This document shows, piece after piece, positions 45,612 through 53,485 of a DNA stretch of 64,000 nt. Below the pieces are notes generated by a model. It made no database searches and was not told where the DNA came from. It was given only the letters and a program-made list of their open reading frames with translations. The translations under genes and the position numbers were made by a program. The number at the start of each line of letters is the position of its first letter. Position 1 is the stretch's first letter. This stretch comes from an uncultured Verrucomicrobiota bacterium. GTDB lineage: Bacteria > Verrucomicrobiota > Verrucomicrobiia > Verrucomicrobiales > Verrucomicrobiaceae. Location of the stretch: the NCBI GenBank assembly GCA_903848465.1, contig CAINGK010000128.1, positions 6,270 to 70,269 on the forward strand, written 5' to 3'.

Positions 45612-47729
45612 CTACTTGGACTGCACCCGGAAACGGGGATCATCCCAGGCAAAGGGAGAGCGCTTGCCCTGCAGCAGGTCGTAGATCGAGTGGTTCGTCT
45701 TCATCATTTCGGCCAGCATGTCCTTCCACGGGCGGTCAGCCACGCTGAAGAGGCCGGTGTTGTAGCTCTCGCCATTGTATTTGCTGAACCAGCGGCCGGT
45801 CGTGGCCTGATCAATGAGGGTGAACCACTCAATGCCAATGACAAACCCCAGGGAGGCGCTCTGTTCGACGTAGTTGCGATAGGCGAGCCCCCGCTCCTGC
45901 TGGTTGCTGACTTCACGCCCGCCCACCAGCCCGCTGTCCTTGGGCGAGGACCAGAAGAACTCGCTCAGCATCATGGGTTTGTTGCCGGTCCATTCGTGGA
46001 AGCGCTTCAGCGCCGCTGTATCGACGCCCATGGTGTAGTAGTTGAAGGACACCACATCAAGATGTTTGCCCATGATACGGCAGAGCTGCTCGTCGTTGAT
46101 GGTTACTGGCTGCAGTCGGCTGCCGATGAGCATGTGGTGCGTGTCGTGCAGGCGGAACAGTTTTTCGATCTGCGCGAAGTAGTTTTCCATGAACGCCCCT
46201 ACATAAGCTTTCATGTCTGCTTTGGCCGCGTCCGTGATCACTGCGAGCCCGACATCGATCAACTCGTCAAAGGAAGCCGCTTTGAGCTGCCATGCAGTGT
46301 TGAAGACATCGACGGAGTGGTACTTGTCCTTCAGCACCGCCACCAAGCGCCGCTTGCAGGCTTGTTTACCGGTGAGGGAGGGAACGACGCGTGAGATTTC
46401 ATCGTAACGCGGCTCATTCACGATGAAATAGCCGATGAGCAGCGGATCATTCGCGTGAGCGGGTAGTTCGCGGGCGAGGTTTTCGGCGATCTTTTGCCCG
46501 GTCGCTGCATCATACGGATCCCACACTTCATGCACGCCGGGAATGCGTGGCACGCCTTCCCAGGCATTGATCGGCAGGCTGGTCACGTAGGGGAAATCGG
46601 CCTTCACATGCGCCTTCTCCGGTGTGGGGCTGAAGGCACCGATGGAGTTGAAGCCCCATTTGCGCACCCGTTCGATCATTCGTGTGGCGTGCGTTTCATA
46701 ATCATAAGGAGCGCCAAACTTGCGGATGACATTTGCGAGGTAGAACGAGAAATGGGCATCGCCATCACCGGGCCTGAAGGCACTGGCAAACTCGCCCTCC
46801 GCCTTCGGCAGCCACTCGTAGATGCCTTCACGACCTTTGACGAAGGTGTAGTCGTCACTCGGCGCGAAACCACAGATGCCAAGATGGAAGAACGCGTTCC
46901 CGTCGGGATCGACGAGCCACGACTTTTCCTGCTTCTGCTCCACATGAAAATAGCCGGTCTTCTTCAAGCCCAGCGCTTCACCACTGCCGGGCTGGCCGCC
47001 GAACCGATCCAGCTTCGGCGTTTCGATGCTGGCGTAGTAAGCCTTGTCTGATTCAGCGTCCGCCTTCAGGTCTTCCAGGCTCTTCAGCTTGTTAGGAAAC
47101 GAGTCTTTGAGGCTCTGCCCAAAGGGATCGATCAATTTCGCGACTGACGCGAGATCGGAGGTGATGCGAATTTTTGCCGTCGGCTGATCCGGATTGTACG
47201 GCACCGTGAAGTGCCAGTTATAGATCGCCCAGCTCCATTCGCGGTTGTCGGTGAGTTGCTGAAAGGCGTAATCCGGTGTGGTGAAGCTCAGGCTCTGGCC
47301 CTGCGCATTTTTCAGCACGAAACTCGTGCTGCTCAAGCTAGCGAACTGGGGCGGCGAGGACTTTTCAGCCGGGAATACCCCCTCCTTGTCGGCAATCTTC
47401 CACGCTCCGCCTTTCGCGAAACCGATGTCGATGAGCACGGACATCTTCCAGGACTTCACACCTGCCGGCATGCCTTTGAAAGTGAGGTCGATTTCGTCCT
47501 TGTTGATGGCAATCGCGCACTCCGCACCGCCCTCATAGCGCACGGTCGCGTTTGCACCTGCCGCTTTCACTTCGATCTGTTTGTGTACTGGCTCAAACTC
47601 AGGATAGGTCAGCGTGAAACTGCCGAGACTCCCGGCGGAGATTTCGATACCTGCGCCCGTGCTTTGGAGTTCAGCGGCAGAGGCCGTCGCACAAAAAATC
47701 GAGATCAGGCTGAGGAGACAATATTTCAT
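45612..47729 (-). CDS. secreted putative glycoside hydrolase (clan GH-A TIM-barrel-like catalytic half)
   Basis: Signal peptide starts at the ATG at 47729 (MKYCLLSLISIFCATASA). Acid/base-like YFIVNEP and nucleophile-like MMLSEFFW about 160 aa apart, as in clan GH-A enzymes. The GH family is not assignable by eye. Confidence 0.45.
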   Translation of the reverse strand: MKYCLLSLISIFCATASAAELQSTGAGIEISAGSLGSFTLTYPEFEPVHKQIEVKAAGANATVRYEGGAECAIAINKDEIDLTFKGMPAGVKSWKMSVLIDIGFAKGGAWKIADKEGVFPAEKSSPPQFASLSSTSFVLKNAQGQSLSFTTPDYAFQQLTDNREWSWAIYNWHFTVPYNPDQPTAKIRITSDLASVAKLIDPFGQSLKDSFPNKLKSLEDLKADAESDKAYYASIETPKLDRFGGQPGSGEALGLKKTGYFHVEQKQEKSWLVDPDGNAFFHLGICGFAPSDDYTFVKGREGIYEWLPKAEGEFASAFRPGDGDAHFSFYLANVIRKFGAPYDYETHATRMIERVRKWGFNSIGAFSPTPEKAHVKADFPYVTSLPINAWEGVPRIPGVHEVWDPYDAATGQKIAENLARELPAHANDPLLIGYFIVNEPRYDEISRVVPSLTGKQACKRRLVAVLKDKYHSVDVFNTAWQLKAASFDELIDVGLAVITDAAKADMKAYVGAFMENYFAQIEKLFRLHDTHHMLIGSRLQPVTINDEQLCRIMGKHLDVVSFNYYTMGVDTAALKRFHEWTGNKPMMLSEFFWSSPKDSGLVGGREVSNQQERGLAYRNYVEQSASLGFVIGIEWFTLIDQATTGRWFSKYNGESYNTGLFSVADRPWKDMLAEMMKTNHSIYDLLQGKRSPFAWDDPRFRVQSK

Positions 47730-47752
47730 ATGAAGAAGAGGGCGGGCCAATT

Positions 47753-49159
47753 TTAAACCTTCTGTGTTTTCCACCTGCCACGTTTGAAAAGCAACCCACT
47801 AGAGATAGCGAGCAATGAATGAGCCACAGGCACGGCGATAAAAACTCCAAGCGGCCCAAATCCGAGCGTTTTTGAGAGCACCCACGCGACAGGAATCTGC
47901 CCAAGCCACAGGCACAAAAAATTCAACCTGACAGGTGTCCAGGTGTCACCTGAGCCGTTGAAAGCAGACTCAAAGCACATGCCGGCTGCGTAGAGTGGGA
48001 AGGCAAGGCTCACAATCCACAATGCCTGCGTGCCGAACGCCACCACCTCAGAGTCCTGAGTGAACAGACGGATCAGCGGATGTGCAAACAGCACGAAGAC
48101 GATGCCGATCAAGCTCAAGACCACGACGTCAAACTTCACGGCGATCTTGACCGCTGCCTCCGCACGCTCCGGTTTCTGTGCTCCGAGGTTTTGTCCCACC
48201 AGTGTGGCCCCTGCATTCGCCAGTCCCCACGCGGGCATCAGGGCAAAGATCACAATGCGAATCGCGATCGTGTAACCTGCCAGCGCCGAACTGCCGAAGA
48301 GCGCGAGAATCTTGAACAGCCCCACCCAGCTCGTCGTGCTGATGAGAAGCTGCACAATGCCGCTGCCGGACTTACTCAACACCGCCCCGATCACCTTCCG
48401 CTCTGGTTTGAAATGCTGCCAGCGCACTTTCACCCGACTGTGATGCCCCGCCAGATGCCAGAGCTGATATAGAACGCCGATGCCACGGCCAATGTTTGTA
48501 GCCACAGCGGCGCCTGTGACGCCCAGCTCGGGGAAAATCCACCAGCCGAAAATGAAGCACGGCCCGAGCACGATGTTCAGTGCATTGGCGAGCCAAAGTG
48601 TGCGCATGGCAATCACGGCATCGCCCGCGCCACGGAAGATGGCGTTGATGAGGAAGATCAAAAATACGGTGGCATTTCCGCCCAGCATCAGGCGGGCAAA
48701 ACCGGAGCCAAGCGTCACGATTTCCTCACCCGCACCCATCAAACGCAAAATGTTCGGGGCAAAATACCCGAGCACGATGCCCAGTCCCGTCGCAAGCAGC
48801 ACCCCTAACAGGACGATCTGCCCTGCCGCCTGCGCGGCGAGCTCCGGCTCCTTTTCACCGATGCGACGGGACACAATTGCCGTCGCGGCAATGGATATGC
48901 CAATCGCCACCGCATAGATGAGCGTCATGACTGACTCCGTGAGGCCCACGACGGCCACGGCTTCTTTTCCGAGATGGGAAACCCAAAACACATCTGCCAC
49001 TGCAAACAGCGATTCCATGACCATTTCCAGGACCATGGGCACCGCGAGAAGAATGACCGCACGGTTCAGCGGGAGAGCCGTGTAATCATGCTCCTCACCG
49101 CGCAACGACTGCCGCACGCTGCGCCAAAATGGAACTGGCGGTGAAGCCTCTTCACTCAT
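47753..49159 (-). CDS. MATE-family efflux transporter
   Basis: 12-TM pattern. N-terminal LAVPMVLEMVMESLFAVADVFWVSHLG is typical of MATE (NorM/DinF type). Confidence 0.85.
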   Translation of the reverse strand: MSEEASPPVPFWRSVRQSLRGEEHDYTALPLNRAVILLAVPMVLEMVMESLFAVADVFWVSHLGKEAVAVVGLTESVMTLIYAVAIGISIAATAIVSRRIGEKEPELAAQAAGQIVLLGVLLATGLGIVLGYFAPNILRLMGAGEEIVTLGSGFARLMLGGNATVFLIFLINAIFRGAGDAVIAMRTLWLANALNIVLGPCFIFGWWIFPELGVTGAAVATNIGRGIGVLYQLWHLAGHHSRVKVRWQHFKPERKVIGAVLSKSGSGIVQLLISTTSWVGLFKILALFGSSALAGYTIAIRIVIFALMPAWGLANAGATLVGQNLGAQKPERAEAAVKIAVKFDVVVLSLIGIVFVLFAHPLIRLFTQDSEVVAFGTQALWIVSLAFPLYAAGMCFESAFNGSGDTWTPVRLNFLCLWLGQIPVAWVLSKTLGFGPLGVFIAVPVAHSLLAISSGLLFKRGRWKTQKV

Positions 49160-49597
49160 TCAAGGCAGCCTTCCCTCATCCACGTCAATGTATGTCGTGA
49201 TGGTCTGGATGTCGTCACGATCACCGAGACCACCGTCGGCCTTTCGTTTCGCCAAGATGGGCGTGATGTGGTCGTTGATGCCGAGTTTCAGGATGTAGTA
49301 GTTCCAGACGAGCTTGTCAGTGTCATTCAGCGGGCGGCCGTGCTCCTGGCACCAATTCAAAATCTCTTCATCCGTTCCACCTTCCTGCACGCGAGCCTTC
49401 AGCTCGTCGTAGTTCACATGCAGGAATCCGACGCAACTGCCGTCACTGCCTTTGCCCAGATTCGCGTGCAAATCCTCCCATAGTTTCCCGGCGGCATGCA
49501 GACGGATCTTGCCCAGCATGCGCGGGAAGAATTTCAGACCGGCGGTTTCTTCAAGAGGACTGCAAGGCAGCGTAGCGGGATCAGGTTTGGCGGACAT
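49160..49597 (-). CDS. DUF5069 domain protein
   Basis: CSPLEETAGLKFFPRMLGKIRLHAAGKLWEDLHANLG...TDEEILNWC matches the DUF5069 consensus as I recall it. Its stop directly abuts the start of the downstream MATE gene. Confidence 0.6.
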   Translation of the reverse strand: MSAKPDPATLPCSPLEETAGLKFFPRMLGKIRLHAAGKLWEDLHANLGKGSDGSCVGFLHVNYDELKARVQEGGTDEEILNWCQEHGRPLNDTDKLVWNYYILKLGINDHITPILAKRKADGGLGDRDDIQTITTYIDVDEGRLP

Positions 49598-49665
49598 GCC
49601 GGATGCGTCGCCGGTGCTGCGAGTTTGTCAATCAGGCGCTGCTCATCTGCAGCGACAGAAATGCT

Positions 49666-50997
49666 TCAAAACTTTCGCCAGCCCCAGCCGAGAGCGAAAA
49701 GGGCTGCGCTCCAAGTGACGATGCAGATGCCCCACCACACGCCCCACAGCCCCCAGCCAAGGGTGAAGGCCAGAGTGTGAAACACGATCACCGGGGCAAC
49801 CAGTTGCCGGTAGATGCCCATCCACAAACCATAGGCTGGCCGTTTGATGCCCTGCATGGCAAAGACGGTGACAAACAGAATCGGATAGGCAGCAAGAGTC
49901 AGCGATGAGGCGAGAAGGTAGTTGCGACCATGCCCGATCACGATCGGATCCTGGCTAAACATCCTCATGGCAGGCTCACGCAGCAGCCAAACGAGGAAGC
50001 CGCCGATCAACATCAGGCCCGCGCCGATCTTGACATTCATCACCCAGGCCTCGCGCACGCGATGCGGCAGACCGGCACCGTGATTCTGCCCCACGATGCT
50101 CAGTACCGCCGCGTTGAGGCCGATGGCAGGCATTAGTACTATCTGCTCCACACGTGTGGCGATACCCGTGGCGGCCACGGCTTCCTTGCCGAAGTGCTTC
50201 ACAAACCAGGTGATGACAAACACCCCCAACGAAATAGTAAGCATGTTCAGCGCCGCAGGAATCGCCTGCCCTGCAATCCGCCGCAGTACCTGTAGATTGG
50301 GTTTGAAATCAACTCGGCGCAGATCATGGCAATAGTCGGCTTTTTTGACATGCGACCAGAGAAAGACGCCGCCACCCATCTGCACCAGTACCGTGGCCAG
50401 TGCGATGCCGCTCACGCCAAGTGCAGGCAGGCCCGTCCAGCCCCACATGAGTACCGGATTGAGCACGATGTTCGCGATAAAGCCGACGATGAGAAAATTG
50501 CGATACACCCAGGTGGTGCCCTGCGCAGACAGCGCTGAGTTCAGGATCATCGGCAGCAGAAAGAACACACCACCGGCCAAGATCACATTCATGAAGTCCA
50601 GCACCGTGCTCAAATAGCTGCCCTCGGCGCCGAGGAGTTGAAACAACCAAGGTGCCACCAGCCAGCCGACGATGGAAATCAGCACGCCCGCCGCTGTGAC
50701 AAACAGCAGCGACTGTGCGAACACCCTGCGCGCCTCCGCTGCATTGCCCGCGCCCAGCGCATTCGCGAGCAGGGCCGTGGTGCCCTGGCTGATGCCGCTG
50801 CCGATGGCAAACACGACGAAATACAATGGAAAGGACAGCGAGAGCGCCGCCAGCGACTCCGTGCCCAGCCAGCCCGCGCACAGCGTGTCCATCACATTGA
50901 ACATCGTGTTGAAAAACATGCCCACGCTCATGGGTAGCGCTATCCGCCAGATGAGCTGCGGAATGGGATCTGTGGTGAGAGAAAGCGGCTGCTTCAT
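49666..50997 (-). CDS. MATE-family efflux transporter (second copy)
   Basis: Starts at the internal ATG (MKQPLSLTTDPIPQLIWRIALPMSVGMFFNTMFNVMDTLCAGWLG). 12-TM pattern. Start overlaps the DinB-like gene's stop. Confidence 0.85.
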   Translation of the reverse strand: MKQPLSLTTDPIPQLIWRIALPMSVGMFFNTMFNVMDTLCAGWLGTESLAALSLSFPLYFVVFAIGSGISQGTTALLANALGAGNAAEARRVFAQSLLFVTAAGVLISIVGWLVAPWLFQLLGAEGSYLSTVLDFMNVILAGGVFFLLPMILNSALSAQGTTWVYRNFLIVGFIANIVLNPVLMWGWTGLPALGVSGIALATVLVQMGGGVFLWSHVKKADYCHDLRRVDFKPNLQVLRRIAGQAIPAALNMLTISLGVFVITWFVKHFGKEAVAATGIATRVEQIVLMPAIGLNAAVLSIVGQNHGAGLPHRVREAWVMNVKIGAGLMLIGGFLVWLLREPAMRMFSQDPIVIGHGRNYLLASSLTLAAYPILFVTVFAMQGIKRPAYGLWMGIYRQLVAPVIVFHTLAFTLGWGLWGVWWGICIVTWSAALFALGWGWRKF

Positions 50998-51578
50998 TGG
51001 CCTAATCCTGACAGGATGCTTTGAATCTGCGCACGATGAATGCCCATGTGAATGCCCGCCATCGCCGCCCAGCCGAGAGCATCCAGCGGGCCAAACCATG
51101 GATGCGCAAACCTTACCGTGGTCTTCAAATCGGGTGCCTCAGTGATCGCAGCAAGCACATCATCGCACGAACGCTCAAAGTCCGCCTCGACGGTTGCAGT
51201 CACTGACGCGCTCGGTTTGACCGCCGCCGTGCTGGCCTTGCCAGGTGGTACACGGCCCTGCATCAGTGCCGGGATTACACGAGTGAGAGCAGTGTTGGTG
51301 ATGCGCAGATGATCCAGCGTCATCCACACAGACCAGTTGCGGCTGCTGTCCTCAAGCCCGCGCAGACGAGCGATGAGCACCTGCTCACCACGCTTTGCTT
51401 CAGGGCAGGAGTCCACGAGCGCACGGATCGCCGCACGCTCTTGCTTAAATTTGGCGACAAAAGTCTCGCGGCTGCCGCGACGACGAGTCAGAGCAAACAG
51501 CAGTCGGGCGGCCCAGAGCTCGATGATGGGCAGTCCGGCGCCTGGCGGGGCGAGTTGAGGATCAGAAGAGGTGCTCAT
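50994..51578 (-). CDS. DinB-family (DinB_2/DUF1569-like) four-helix-bundle protein
   Basis: Start at the ATG at 51578 (MSTSSDPQL). WMTLDHLRITN and HPWFGPLDALGWAAMAGIHMGIHRAQI carry the His triad pattern. The upstream 115 codons of the ORF-track ORF are Arg/Ser-rich noise. Confidence 0.6.
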   Translation of the reverse strand: MSTSSDPQLAPPGAGLPIIELWAARLLFALTRRRGSRETFVAKFKQERAAIRALVDSCPEAKRGEQVLIARLRGLEDSSRNWSVWMTLDHLRITNTALTRVIPALMQGRVPPGKASTAAVKPSASVTATVEADFERSCDDVLAAITEAPDLKTTVRFAHPWFGPLDALGWAAMAGIHMGIHRAQIQSILSGLGQ

Positions 51579-51595
51579 GCATCTGAAAATTATGC

Positions 51596-51641
51596 AATAC
51601 TTGTGATTTGCAAGTATTTTACTTTTGAAATGCAAGTAATT
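51596..51641. promoter_or_regulatory. candidate HxlR operator in the divergent promoter region
   Basis: Inverted repeat AATACTTG-7 nt-CAAGTATT (51596-51618) plus a third TGCAAGTAATT copy (51631-41), in the 79-nt AT-rich gap between the DinB-like and hxlR-like starts. Confidence 0.35.
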
Positions 51642-51657
51642 GAAATCATAGTCCCAC

Positions 51658-52041
51658 ATGCCCAAGGCCAAAGCATCCAAGCGCCCGATCAAGGCAACAC
51701 CGCCCACCTCACGTCGCTCCCCCTGCCCCGTGTCCTGTGCACTCGACCTGTTTGGCGACCGCTGGACGCTGCTGGTCATCCGCGATCTCATGCTGGGCCG
51801 CAGCCGGTTTAAGGACTTCGTCAGCTCGCCTGAAGGCATTCCCACCAACATTCTCAGCGACCGCCTCGAACGCCTGCTGGAAGCCAGCATCGTGCGCCAG
51901 ATTCCCGCCTCGGAGAGCGGCAAACGGATGGCCTACGAACTCACTGACAAAGGCGAGGCCCTCCGCCCCATTCTGAAGTCTCTACGCGACTGGGGTCTGG
52001 CCTGGGAGCCGGGTGCCAAGGCCTTGTTGCAGCCAGGCTGA
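51658..52041 (+). CDS. HxlR-family (MarR-like wHTH) transcriptional regulator
   Basis: CPVSCALDLFGDRWTLLVIRDLMLGRSRFKDF...GIPTNILSDRLERL is the canonical HxlR signature, including the N-terminal Cys. Confidence 0.8.
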   Translation: MPKAKASKRPIKATPPTSRRSPCPVSCALDLFGDRWTLLVIRDLMLGRSRFKDFVSSPEGIPTNILSDRLERLLEASIVRQIPASESGKRMAYELTDKGEALRPILKSLRDWGLAWEPGAKALLQPG

Positions 52042-52215
52042 GGAGGAGTCTTTTAGACGCCAATAAATACCGAACTTCGCGGTTTCACCACTGTGCCATG
52101 CAGGTCGGCGTACAAGGCTACTATGCCTTCCTACGCGGCCAGCGTGTCACCTACTTCGGCCGCTTTGTCCACGAGGTCTTGGAAGGTCGCGCCTTCGATG
52201 CCGGGACCGGTGGTC

Positions 52216-53481
52216 TCATGCGCCTAGAACGCTCTTCACCTGCTGCATCGACTTGCCAAAGCACTCATTCACATAGGCCATGGCCTTTTTCACTTTGGCC
52301 TGAGCTGTAGGATAGTCGGCATCGATGGCGAAGAGCGTCTCCGCCATCTTGTCTGCTGGTGTCTCGTCCATTTCCAGCAGCCATTCACCCAGACCGATGT
52401 CCTTGAACATCCAGCATTTCGGCGAGTGAAACTCGGAGTAGGTGTGGATGATCGGCGTGCCGTTGGCCAGGGCGATGATCGGTGAATGCGGCTCGTGGCA
52501 CACGATGGTGTGGGCGCGCGCAAAAATGGAGGCAGCTTCATCAACGTTCCAAAAGTAATCGAGGTTCACGACGTGCTGCTGGATCTCTGGCGGCAGCGGA
52601 TCGTGGATGAGGCGCTTGTTGTGCTCCATCTCCTTCTTCACCTCGGGGGCGACGAGCACCTTATAGCCGGTCTTTTTGACCCACAGCGTCACCAGTTCCC
52701 GATACTTCGCCGCACGGCGTTCATCATCGGCGATCTGCTCAGGGGTGGGATGCAATGGATTGAGTTTCGGCGTGCGCTTGTCGTCCACGCCGGGAAGTTT
52801 GGCCGTGTTGGTGCGCAGTTCCAAAGTGATGAATTTCCGCTCCTCCAGTCCGAGCTTTTTCATGGTCGCCAATCCACGTACGTCATCTCGTACATCGATG
52901 CCGAGGCAGCCGTCCGGACCAAATCCGAGCACAGGTGTCTTGATGCCAGCGCTCTTGAGGATGCTCAGTGATTTGGTTTCACGTGTGTAGATGAATGAAG
53001 CGGCGTTCAGCAAAGCGATGCGCTCCTCTGCGCCTTTGCCCTCCACCATACTGGCAAAATACGACTGGCCAAACAATCCGTAAGGCTTGCCGATTTTCTG
53101 GCAGAACTGCATGAAGTTGATGTCCTGGCCCATGCCGGAATTGCGGATGAACAGATCGCAGCCGGCAATCGCCTGCCGCAGCGCTTCATCCTTTTCGCCT
53201 TTACCCGCGAGGCTCCCCTGCATTATCTCCACTTTAGGGAAGCGTGTCTTGAGCATCGCCGTGACACGCTCATCCAGCTTCATCGCCCAGAGCACCACCT
53301 TCACCTCGGGCAGATGCTCTCCGATGACACGCAGAGTTCCGGGCGTATGGCCAATGTCGCCGATGTTCACGGTATCCCAGGCAGATTGCAGCAGAATGGT
53401 CTTGGGCCTGCCATTGGCGGCGAAAATAGAACCACCAAGCGCGGCGGTGATGGAGGCGATGAAGTGGCGGCGGGTATGCAT
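52216..53481 (-). CDS. polysaccharide pyruvyl transferase-fold protein with TAT-type signal
   Basis: Starts at the internal ATG: MHTRRHFIASITAALGGSIFAANG. WDTVNIGDIGH and VCHEPHSPIIALANGTPII resemble PS_pyruv_trans motifs. Confidence 0.55.
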   Translation of the reverse strand: MHTRRHFIASITAALGGSIFAANGRPKTILLQSAWDTVNIGDIGHTPGTLRVIGEHLPEVKVVLWAMKLDERVTAMLKTRFPKVEIMQGSLAGKGEKDEALRQAIAGCDLFIRNSGMGQDINFMQFCQKIGKPYGLFGQSYFASMVEGKGAEERIALLNAASFIYTRETKSLSILKSAGIKTPVLGFGPDGCLGIDVRDDVRGLATMKKLGLEERKFITLELRTNTAKLPGVDDKRTPKLNPLHPTPEQIADDERRAAKYRELVTLWVKKTGYKVLVAPEVKKEMEHNKRLIHDPLPPEIQQHVVNLDYFWNVDEAASIFARAHTIVCHEPHSPIIALANGTPIIHTYSEFHSPKCWMFKDIGLGEWLLEMDETPADKMAETLFAIDADYPTAQAKVKKAMAYVNECFGKSMQQVKSVLGA

Positions 53482-53485
53482 GACG

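Noticed and set aside
51579-51923. N-terminal 115-codon extension of the DinB-like ORF (the ORF track gives 50994-51923)
   Set aside because: The extension runs through the AT-rich promoter region and across the divergent hxlR start. It is Arg/Ser-rich. The DinB-like domain begins at the internal ATG at 51578.
52042-52215. Coding-like 174-nt spacer after hxlR (the minus strand reads ...ETTGPGIEGATFQDLVDKAAEVGDTLAA*), a possible gene remnant
   Set aside because: No start codon, no ORF of meaningful length and no motif. It could be a decayed fragment, but I cannot support a call.
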